From Schmidtea nova (lineage: Eukaryota): a stretch of 64,000 nucleotides of DNA. Under the pieces are notes generated by a model. The model did no database searches. It was not told where the DNA came from and was given only the letters and a program-made list of their open reading frames with translations. Each line of letters opens with the position of its first letter. The stretch's first letter is position 1. Both the position numbers and the translations under genes were made by a program. Shown here in pieces: positions 25,301 to 37,300 of the stretch. The stretch spans positions 43,462,001 through 43,526,000 of the forward strand of contig CM097882.1 in NCBI GenBank assembly GCA_044892505.1, in the 5' to 3' direction.

Positions 25301-28300
25301 CCCAACATCTCCAGCGCTTTCATTTCTCGTTGTGAATTCTGATATGTATTTCCCACCAGTGATGCTTCAATATTATTGATCTCGACCAGCTGAATTCCAA
25401 ACTTTTCTATCGTATCTACAGTGCCAATAAAATTCGGCCGTATGTCTGTAACTACAATCATACTTACTTTTCTCCTCTTGCCATTCCAATCTGCTTCTAT
25501 CGTCATTTCTTCTAGTGGTCTTTCCGAACTAGATGAAAACACTCCACATAATGAGATATCACTTACTGTCAGTTCATGTCTTCCTATTTTTGTCCAACTG
25601 CTCTTGCTCATCACTGACAGTGATGCTCCAGAGTCCCACAGCATATCGATTTCTGTCCTATTCAAAATAATCTTAATTTTATTATTATTATCAGGAGAAA
25701 TTTATCGAAACAGCTGTATTATAAATATGTATATTTAATAATTAGTAAGTATTAACTAATGTGTGTATGATTAAAATATATTGGCAATGTTCAGAATATG
25801 AAAATGCATTAATAAATTTTCCGTGTTTCAGAAGTAGTTTGAATAATAAATTCTAGAAAATCTTTTGAATTATGAATAAAAATAAATTCTATAACTTTAA
25901 TATAGTGATGACGACTTTTATGCAATTTATTAAACCATTAGAAACTTTAAAATTTGGAAATAATACTGAAAAATCCTTGAAAGGATTGGAAAAAATCTTC
26001 GAAAAAATTTGGGAATATTTTCAAAGAATTTCTGTCATTTGAATCCACAATAAAATATGATTCAACATATTTTGGAGAATTGAAATTAGTGTTTCGGATG
26101 CAGTCAGATAGTGAAATTATTTTTTCATCTGGTTGAGTATATGTCTCTTGGTAGTGTGTGAACTAAAATAGAGAAATAATTCTCTATCTGAACGTGTGTC
26201 ATTTTAAAATTTTTCTTTCTGGGTGAGTATGGGTCTATTGGCTTTTGCTTAGTTGAGCTTGGTGTACAGTAATTCTGCCTGTCGTAAATGAAGATTTTAA
26301 CATTTTCTGCTGCCATTGGGGATTTTTTTTAAATTTGTTGCAATCTATACTGAAGATGTCAATTGTCTTTGACGTTTTGAAATTGTTTTTTGATTAATTA
26401 ATGTTTGTATGAGCAATATTCTTAAACTTGTTTTTCAATATGGAGTAAACATTTCTTTACAAAGAAAATCGAGTTCTCATTTTGGGGTATTTATTACTTT
26501 AAAATTTGATAGATTTTCTCCACTTAGTTACTAAAACCTAAGTTAAGTATAAAAATTGGACAGTTCATTAAATAAATAGAATGCAAGAGCAATGCCAAGA
26601 GTCATCAGGGGAATATATTTAATAGAAGTTCAATATCTACCTTAAAATATTTACACGTACAAATGTTGACGTTCCCAGAATCTCAACTTGGTATCTTAAA
26701 TAAATAAATAATATAACACTGGTTAAAAAATTTTATTCTGTTATGAAGTACTGAATACTAGAAACTAGTTAAATTCAAATATTTATTAAACATAAAATTT
26801 TAGTTATTAAAACAACTTTAAATTAAAGATTGATTTAATATATATATAACATCTCCTTCTCAAATCCAGTCCTCAAATCGGCCTGGTGGTTTTCTGTTCC
26901 TGTCGGGTCTGCCCTTGGTATAAACGACCAAGGTGTCTACTATCGGACTTTTATTCCGTGAGCTTCTATCTTCTGCAATTTGATTGTTGCTTGTTTAAGT
27001 CAGGTTTGTTTCTCCCGGTTTTATAATCCATGAGGTGTTGTTTCCCTTCGGCATTAAGAATATGGCTTCTTGCGCTTCTTTTTCCGGTGTTTGTTTGTAT
27101 GTTATCTTTTCTCCTTGTTTGAAATTTGAGGAGATCGGCACCCTTATTTGTCGTCCGAATATTATTTCCGACGGCGATTTGCCTCTTGAGTCTGTGGCTA
27201 CTCTATGGTGGAATAGTACTTTCTGTAAGTACAATGTGAAGGGCTGGTGAGTTTGCGTTAGTTTCCAACACCATATGGCCTTCTTAATCACCTGAACAGC
27301 TCTCTCTGCACTTCCATTCGCCATTGGGAAGTATGGAGGGCTTTCAATCTTCCGAATGCCTTGATGGCTTAACCATCTCAAAAACCTCGTTTGACGTGAA
27401 TTCGGTTGCATTATCAGATACTAATGTTTCGGGAACACCAAAGCAACAAAATAATGTTCGCAAACATTCTATGACTGTCTCGGATGAGTGATTCCGTGTT
27501 CTGAATGCTTCTATCCATCCGGAACCTGAATCAACAATAATAAGAATGTTTCCTACTTCAGCAGCATGAGCCCAATCTATATGTATTTTTTCGAATGGTT
27601 TTGCTATAGGCCACTGATCGACTGTTTTTACAATTGACGGGCGAAGTCGGTTGCAAACTGAACATTCACTGACTCTCTTTTCAATGTCACCGTGCATACC
27701 AGGCCACCATGCGGAAATGGATATTCTTTTAGTAGATGACTTGGTGCCAGAGTGTATTTCGTTGTGCGCTAATTCAAACACTTCTCGCCTGAGTCTTGTA
27801 GGGATAAAAATTTGTGTCCCATAGTATCGCATATTGTCTTCGATAGTCAACCTTTCTGATGGTCTGGCAAATGGCTTCTCGGCTTCGAGCACGACGACCA
27901 TTTTCCATTTGTCACTCGTTTCATGATTCTTTGCATGAATTTGTCTTTGCTCAGTTCTTCTCTGATTTTGTCTTCATCTAAAATACATTTTCTGAATTGG
28001 GCGGTAATTGAATGTAAGATGGTCTCTGCTATTACTTCTTCTTCATCTTTAATGTCTTTTCTTACATATTTCAATCGGGACAGGGCATCGACATGTGGGA
28101 TATCTTTCCCTCTTAGGTATGAACTTGAATAATCATACTGCATCAATAATAATGCCCATTTCATCACTCTTACTGATGTAGTACTGGGAATAGCACTTTT
28201 GTTGCCAAACAGATATTGCAGTGGTTTGTGATCGGTTTTGATGTCAAATTTTCTTCCCAAGAGAACTGCTTCAGACGAATCACTGACCATACATTCGCTA

Positions 28301-31300
28301 ATGCTTCGCGCTCTATGTTGGAATAGTTCCTTTTTGCCGGAGATAATGTCCTCGATACATATATTACTGGTGAGCCCTCTTGTGCAAGTATGGCAGCTAA
28401 AGCGGTTTTGGATGCATCTGTAGTTAATGTTACTTCTTTTTCTAGGTCGTACGGTTTAACTATTGGTGATTTCGATATCTTTTTTTTTAATTCCTCAAAC
28501 GCCGACTGGCATGCCTTGGTCCATTGGAAGGCACCACACTTTGATTACCTTAACTCGTTAAACGGACGTATTTTCATTGCAAATTGTGGAATTAATCTGC
28601 CGAAATAATTGATTAATCCGACAAAGCTTTCCACTTCTTTTCTGTTCCCGCTGTCTGTATCTCACGTATTTTCGATACAAGTCTATCATCTGGTTCGATT
28701 CCTTTTTCGGATATTTTTAAGCCTAAAAACGTAATCACTTTTGAATGTAGGATAGACTTATTTTCATTCACTGTGACTTTTTTTTTCTTTTAGCCTTGAT
28801 ATGACCGCATTCAATCTTTTTCTCAGCGCTTCATTGTTTTCTTCAAAGATTAAGATGTCGTCTTGGTAAATTAACAATCCTTTAATGTCTGCTAGGATGT
28901 TTTCCATTGTTCTCTGAAAGATTGTTGATGCGTTCTTCATTCCCATCTGCAGTCTGTTTACTTTGTACAGGCCTTTGCTCGTGTTTATGACCAATAATTT
29001 TTTTGCTTGTTTGTCTAGCTCGATTTGCCAGTAAGCTGAAGTTAAATCTAACTTTTCAAAGACCTTGGCATTCTTTAATTTGGCGAAGATGGTCTCAATA
29101 TTCGGGAGAGGGTAGGCATCCATTTTGATTCTCTCATTTACATGCACCTTGAAGTCTACACACATTCTTAACTCCCCATTTCTCTTCTTTATCCAAATCA
29201 CCGGCGAGGCATTCGTATCCGGGGTTGTGCATGGACTGATTATTCCTATCTTCTCTAATCGGGTTAGTTCATCGTTCACCTTGCTTTCTAATGCTAAGGG
29301 TATCGAGCGTGCTCGACAAAATATGTCTTTCGAGTTCTCGATTATTGTCATTGACGCTTTTATTCCCTTTATCGACGGGAGAATTTCGGATGGGTGTTTT
29401 TCATTTGAGATTTGATTTGTTGATAATTCCATTTCATTTAAAATCGAAAGAATGTCCTGGCCCAACAGGCCAAATTCTTTCGTAGACTGCACTACTATTA
29501 ACTCGATCGGATATATCTTTGATTTCGTTTCGATGGTAGTGTTGAACTTACCGGTTGATTTCAGTACATGACCGTCATATGCTTCTAGAGTCGTCTTTGT
29601 TTTCTTTAGTTTGGGTTTGCCTAAGTACTTCCATATTGATGTCGATATTATTGATACAGTGGCTCCTGTATCCAATTGCATTTTTACCGGTACTGACTTG
29701 ATTGTGTACGTCTCTATATTATCCCCAACTTGATTTACAGTCTCGACATGATATATGCCACACTCCTCCTCGTTATCAGATATATAATTCATTACCTTAG
29801 TTTCGTTTGAGAGCTGGGTCGATCGGCACACTTTTGCCAGATGGTTTCTTTTCCCACATAGTTTGCATTCTTTATTGAATGCTGGACATTGTCTTTTCTT
29901 GTGATTCGATCCGCAAAATTTGCAGTTTGTAACAGTTTTATGGGTTGACTTTTGCTTTGAAAAGTTTATCTCGAATTCTTTATCTCGTACATTTTCTGTG
30001 ATGTTTTCTTCGCCTTTGATGAATAATTGTATTTGTTCTATGTTCTGAATAATGTTCTGGATCTCGTGAATTGATTTGCAATTGTTCTGACATTGTATGA
30101 GAACCTTCTCTTGTGTTGCTTTGTCCCGAATTCCTGTCAATACTGCTTTTTTTAACATCTCGTCTGTAGGGTCGATTACATTCTTTAACTGCTCGAATTC
30201 ACAGAATCGTGCCCTTGTCTTTAGTCTTGTGACGATAATCGGCTATTGATTCGTTGGCTATTTGCTTTGTCATATAGAACTTTGTTCTCTCCGCAGTAAC
30301 CAGTCTTCTTTTTGGTTCAAGATACTGCAACAGAGCTTTGTGAATTTTCTCGAATTCCATTTCTTCAATCTTCTCGGGTTCCACAATTGTCTGAGTTTTC
30401 ATTAAGGCTTTAATTCCGCAACTGGCCATGAAATTGATTGTCGAAATTCTGCCACTGTCTTCTGATGTTGACAGGTTGCATCTCGATATAGCTGAAAATG
30501 TTAGGAGCCAGCATTTGGCTTCTTCTGCGCATTGCAGGTTTAATTCTCCTATCCTGCTCGTGACTAGTTAAATTCAAATATTTATTAAACATAAAATTTT
30601 AGTTATTAAAACAACTTTAAATTAAAGATTGATTTAATATATATAACATATTCAAATATAAAAACTACAAATTACCTGAAAAAATATTACTAATNNNNNN
30701 NNNNNNNNNNNNNNNNNNNNNNNNNNNNNNNNNNNNNNNNNNNNNNNNNNNNNNNNNNNNNNNNNNNNNNNNNNNNNNNNNNNNNNNNNNNNNNNNNNNN
30801 NNNNNNNNNNNNNNNNNNNNNNNNNNNNNNNNNNNNNNNNNNNNNNNNNNNNNNNNNNNNNNNNNNNNNNNNNNNGAGCTCGATATCTTGTATGCTCGAA
30901 TTTATTATTTCAATAGTTGATAACAACTATGAAATTTTTCTTACCCAAAGATTTTATGGGTGGTTTGACTGAAATTTTGCTTGGGTTATATAGAAATTTT
31001 TTGTTGTTCTTCATTTTAAGTGACAACGCTCTTCGTTTGTCAATAATATTTGTTTTTAATCAACAATTTTTCTATTTTTAAAAGTTCAAAACAACAATAC
31101 TATATTTAGAGTCATCCCTTTCTCCAGCCTCCTTAGTGTTAAAAATGTGATAACTGTTAATACTTTTTCTTTTTCATTAGAAAATAATAAGTGTTTTCTT
31201 GCGCTTTATGGCTTCATTTGAAAATAGTCTATTGCTATCAAATCATTTACTTCAAAGAATTCAAGCTTTTTATCTAATTCTGTCATTTCTAATTTCAAGG

Positions 31301-34300
31301 TTGTTGCTTGCTACCTTTCTATCTGACATTATTATCCATGTTTCATCATCTAGCTGACGTAATGGATCTAGTAAATTTGTACATTTGTGTTCTTCTTTAG
31401 TGTATAATTTTTATCTGTTAGTATTCTTGTAATTGGTTGTAGATAAACTCTTTCTCCTTTATATATGACAGGTAATTCGTTTGTACATTTTTTGTTTGTA
31501 GCTAGTGTTACACTAACTTGTTTACATTGAAATGTTTGTATTACTTCCCCTACAACTCTCGCAAAAGTGCATCTTTCTGAAAAAGCCATTGGGGCCATTA
31601 AGTCTGGATTCGTGATAACTAATATCATCTTTGTTCTTAAGATTTTTCGATTAAGCTAACAAACATTGATAATAGTTTCTTGGTAAACTCTATCTTGTTG
31701 CATCAGCTGGTGATGTTAACAGTAATCTATCTTATTATTGTAATATATAGAAAGTTTAACATTATATTTATTGATTTTTATTTTTGTATCTTTTATTTCA
31801 TCTTTGCTTAAATATATACCCTTATAATTGGCATGTATTATCGATTTTCCACACTTAACAATTTCTCCTTTTCTTACAAATCTCATTGCTTCTCCTGAAG
31901 ATTCTGCGATATATATATATATTGTTGGAGTATCTTATTCTTAAACTGCAATTGTCTTTCTTTTTCTATCTTTTATTTTGCCGATTCTGAGTTTGTAAAT
32001 TGTCTGCCTCTTATTGTCACGAACTTTAGTGATTTTAATTTAGTCAAAGGACATTCGTAAGAATCGACTTTATATATTACAATTGATTCTCCGGTATCAC
32101 AACTTATTTCTTTTGATGTACAAAACGGGTATTTCATCATATTTTGTGTTACACTATCGAATGATGCTTTAAACAGTCTAAATTCGACTATAAATTCTCG
32201 TATCACAACATCATTTTATTTAGTATGTCCCCATATCTTATATTCTCCACCTTGACAATATCAACCATGTGAAAAACATCCAACTATATCAACTCATTGC
32301 TTTACGCTTGTACCTATCTGTGCTTTTACTTCAATTTCATGTATCTTTATTTTTTTGATTGAAGTGCGTGTTCACATTCGTAAGAGTTATCGTAATAGTA
32401 TCCGGTGTAAATGCTATCATGCCCGTACATTCTTTTATTATACTTAATAATATTGCTATCGTCATTATTATTTTAGACATTAACAATTTATGATCGCTTT
32501 TCCCTGATTCTCTCATGTTTTATCTATTATCTTCTTCAGCCTTCTTTCAATTTCTTTGTCTTCAATACATTGTTGTTCTACTTTCACTTCTATTCAATTA
32601 CTTTCATCAGATAAGATTTCCCAGCCTTCATTTGCATGTATCCAAGGTATCACATTATTTTGTAACTTCATAAATATCTTTCTCGCTATTTTACTCAATT
32701 TCTTCGGTTTCATCTTTAGAACATCGTCTGCTCTATAAATAAGGTATGAAATTGCTGTTATAGTTCTATTCCTATCGATTCCAGTGGTAAATAAGATGTT
32801 TAGAACTTCATCTTCATCCGCTTCCTGTTTTATTAATTCTTTAATCTCTAATTCTCTAATTTTTAATTTTATTATATATATATTAATAATAAATGATGGA
32901 GATTATGTATCTGCATATAAATTAGGATACATGATTTTTATTAACTCTATTAAAACATTTGTTTGCAATTTCTTGCAGTTTCTCAGCAGTACTATTATTC
33001 TCAGAATTTTGATTGTTAGGTACACAATTTTTCGTCACAGCCTTTATCAAGTGTTTATTTCCTTGATAACGTTTCGTTTAATATTTGAATAAAGAACTCA
33101 CTATTCATTATCAATAACAACACGTTGCAAAAACGACTTATTTTGGGTATTGTTAACAAAGCATTAAAAATTGTTTGTAGCTGTGCTTTGTTATTTTTGC
33201 AAAGATTGTGAGAATGCAAAATACCATGCTTATCTTACCTATTTTCTTTAAATGTTCCTGAGTAGTTGATCATAATGATTAAAGCTTATTTGACATCTCC
33301 GCTATGTTTTGACGTGAGTCACACCTGACTATTGAAGTAAGCAAGTTTGGATGGTCTTTACCATATGTAAACTTTTTAAAAGAACGTTGGCATTTATTGA
33401 CCTTCAATATATCACTTTAAGTTGTAGAGATGCCTCAGTCATATTCATTCCATTTCAAAACAAAAACCGAATGCTTTTAAAAGCCCTAGAATTAAAATAT
33501 TTGAAAATTATAGATTTTAAAAATAATTCCTTACTTTCCGGTTCATCTTTATTTTTTTTTTAAAAATAATTTTTAAAATTTTGTTAAATAATAACTTTTT
33601 ACTTTTCAATAATATTTTTAAATTAATATATTTTTGAAAATCGTTTGAGTTGTGAATTATAAAAATAATGAATTCATAAAACTTAAGCCACTTGAAAATT
33701 AACAACTTTAATAATAATAAAATAGTAATAATAGTAATAATATTATTATCATAATTACCTTTTTGTTTCACCTTTGACCTTTTTTTATTTTTAATATTAA
33801 TATCAATGATTTCCATAATGGATGACAATAGATCAAAATTTCTTAAAATAAGTACACATAAATAAGTAGACATAATACATAAGTGTGTATTGTAATACAC
33901 GCTTGATAAAGGCTGTGCCGAAATATTGTGTACTTATTTAAAGAAATTTTGATCTATTGTCATCCATTATAGAAATTATTNNNNNNNNNNNNNNNNNNNN
34001 NNNNNNNNNNNNNNNNNNNNNNNNNNNNNNNNNNNNNNNNNNNNNNNNNNNNNNNNNNNNNNNNNNNNNNNNNNNNNNNNNNNNNNNNNNNNNNNNNNNN
34101 NNNNNNNNNNNNNNNNNNNNNNNNNNNNNNNNNNNNNNNNNNNNNNNNNNNNNNNNNGGTAGCAATATTAATTTAAAAACAAATAATTAATAAATAACAA
34201 AATAAGTCTTTGCTGCAAATTTTTTTTATTTAAAAAAATTGCAGGAAAAGCTTATTTTGTTTTTTAATAATTTTTTAATATTATTATTAGTATTATTCAA

Positions 34301-37300
34301 TTATTAACAAATCATTTTAGATCAAATTCGTTAATATAAATCCATCAGACGTGGTTGATGGGAAACCTGCGATTGTTTTAGGATTAGTATGGACAGCAAT
34401 TTTGCATTTTCAGGTTATAGGAAAATTTATTTATTTCCCATTATATTCATTATTCTTCAGATTGAAGAACAAGAAGAATTTTTACTACAAGCATTAGGTA
34501 TGGCAAATGATCCTAATGCTAATGTCAAAGGCCAAGCCAAAAAAGGTCTGATGGCTTGGACTAATAACGCTTTATCAGAGTAAAAAACCATAGAATCGCA
34601 AACTATTTAATAAAAAAATGTTTGTTTTATCTAGTAAATATGGGTTGAATATAAAGGATTTTGGTGAAAGCTGGTGTGATGGAAGAGCTTTTAATGCATT
34701 GGTGCATAACATAGATCCAACACTTGTAGACATGGGAGATATAGAGAAACGAACAAATAAAGAAAGATTGGAAAATGCTTTTAATATCGCCGAAAATGAA
34801 TTAGGCATTCCTAAGCTANNNNNNNNNNNNNNNNNNNNNNNNNNNNNNNNNNNNNNNNNNNNNNNNNNNNNNNNNNNNNNNNNNNNNNNNNNNNNNNNNN
34901 NNNNNNNNNNNNNNNNNNNNNNNNNNNNNNNNNNNNNNNNNNNNNNNNNNNNNNNNNNNNNNNNNNNNNNNNNNNNNNNNNNNNNNNNNNNNNNNNNNNN
35001 NNNNNNNNNNNNNNNNNNNNNNNNNNNNNNNNNNNNNNNNNNNNNNNNNNNNNNNNNNNTAAAAGATGTCGATGTCGAAAAGCCTGACGAGAAATCTATA
35101 ATGACATACGTTGCTCAATTTTTAAAATCCTATCCTGAAGGTAAAAAGCCTGACAATATTAATGAAGAAATTACGCCGGAAGTATTATTGTTTTTTAATT
35201 AAGTTTAAAATTGTTTTATTTTTTATAATTCAGCTAAACGGTGTCCAAATGGCAATGGCGCAACCCGTAAATGAACTCGATGTTGTAAAAGAGTTTAATT
35301 ACAACGTTGATAAAAACTTTGAAAGTCTTAACTCTAAAAACAACTATGATGTAATATGTTTTGTAATACATAGATTCCTGAATTTAATTTTTCATTTTTA
35401 TAGATCTTTGCTGATTTAATGTCACAAAGAGATGACTTGAAATTATTACTCGATAACATTTCCACTGAAAGTCATCCAGATCTTGATGATAATGACGTAA
35501 GACAAGTTATTGGAGATTTCAATAAAACTGACATGAAATTAAATGAGTGGCAATGGGATTTAGATAAAACTCTACCGGGAATTCTAGGCTCTGAAATCGG
35601 AAGCTGGCTACAAGATGCAGAGGAAAGTCTAATGGAACCATTTCCAAACGTGAACGATAAAGCATTTAACGATAAAATATTAATGAAATTGAAAGAACAT
35701 GAAGTGAGTTTTATCATTTATTTTTTAATGAAAATGAGAATTTTAAGTTGACAAAACTTTTTAAAAATATGTTAAGACCAAAAAACTTTGGTGTGAAACC
35801 TTTAAACAATTTCTGACTTCAAATAAAAAGGTTTGTAAATAAATCAAAAACTAATTTAAAATTAAATATGTTAATTAATTAACCTATCTGCTGTCCATGT
35901 TTCCTATAAATCATTTAAAAACAAAATAAAATACTTTTCCATAATATTTTTTTAAGAATAAATTTACAATATATATTGTGTACAAGTCTTAAACAGATAA
36001 TTCAAGAACTGGATAAAATGGAGGTTTTCTGATTTCAGCCTGCCAAATATAGATGACTCCTTCAGGCCCGGCCCAAGGGCCAGGCGACCTAGGCCATAGC
36101 CTAGGGCGCCTTTTTTTTAGAGGGCGCCAAAATTTATTATAAACAATCAAAGAAAATTATAAAATAAGTCTCCAAAACTTTATATTTATAAATTAAAACT
36201 AATAAAAACGTATTTGCGATCTACTATGACGGAAGATAGGTTGAATAATTTGGCCATTATTTCAATTGAAAATAATGTTGTAGCAAACCTAAATTTGGAG
36301 GCAGCAATAGAAAAATTTGCAGACATGAAAGCCAGGAAAAAATCATTCTTATAAATTCTGTTTTTTTTTGTATATATGTAAATCAATCGAAAAAAATGAA
36401 ATGAAGTAATAAATAGATTGTTTTTTGTTAATCTTTTTTATTTTATCATAATTTTTGTACCTAATTTTTAAAATAGGGCGCTTTTTATAATTTTTGCCTG
36501 GGGCGTATAATTATCTCGAACCGTCGCTGACTCCTTTGTAGAGAGACAATTTACCTTTAGAATACAGATGAGTAAGATAAGTATTAGATTTTGGGGCCCC
36601 CTTGGTAAATTGTCAATTACTTTGCAGTCGACTAAGTTTAACGATCTTGTTGGACATAACCATATCTTAAAGGAAATTAAGGTGAATTAGTAAAAGAGAA
36701 TAAAAATAAACAATAAAGAAAGAAAAAATACTAGAAACAAATGTAAGACGAAGAAAAAGAAAAGAATACAAATAAGGAATATTAATTAAAAATACTAGTA
36801 AAAGAATACTGTTAAAGAAAAGACTACAATTAAGAATTTTTTACGTTAATCAAATAATGTAAGAAATATTTATTGAAATGAAAACAAATCACAAAACCCT
36901 ATAGAAATAAAGAAAATTTATTTGGAAAATGAATTAACCAATCACTGAAAATAAAATTATTATTGGCAAAATAATATAAATTAAGTCTTACCAACGTGAG
37001 GGCTGCTCGAATCTGATTGGCTAAATCAGATCGGCAGCTACTATATAAAGAGCTGAAAAATTTAGAGAAACAACTATTAACTCTCTCACGATAACTACCA
37101 CAATTGACTTTTTACTAATCATTTAAGACTTTTCGAGAAGATTGAACCTTGAAGTGAAAAATCAATAAACGGTAATTTTGTTTGGCGTTATTTTGATTTA
37201 TTCAATGTCTCCACTTTTGATAACTTAAAATAATTATTAGTTTTCTTTGAATCCTTGTGTGGCGAATTCGTCACCGGTTTTCGCGGAGCTCTGGTCTTCC

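Noticed and set aside
28690-28705. GGTTCGATTCC resembling a tRNA T-loop/B-box
   Set aside because: Lies within gypsy RT coding sequence on the opposite strand, with no cloverleaf.
22730-29485. Plus-strand ORFs overlapping the gypsy pol genes (22730, 23213, 24530, 25035, 25421, 27035, 27923, 29125 etc.)
   Set aside because: Antisense shadows of retrotransposon coding sequence with no independent motifs.
33066-33560. Possible degraded GIY-YIG/Penelope fragment (FCKDCENAKY, LKALELKY) and nearby GAAACGTT
   Set aside because: Too degenerate. No YIG motif and no complete hammerhead core.
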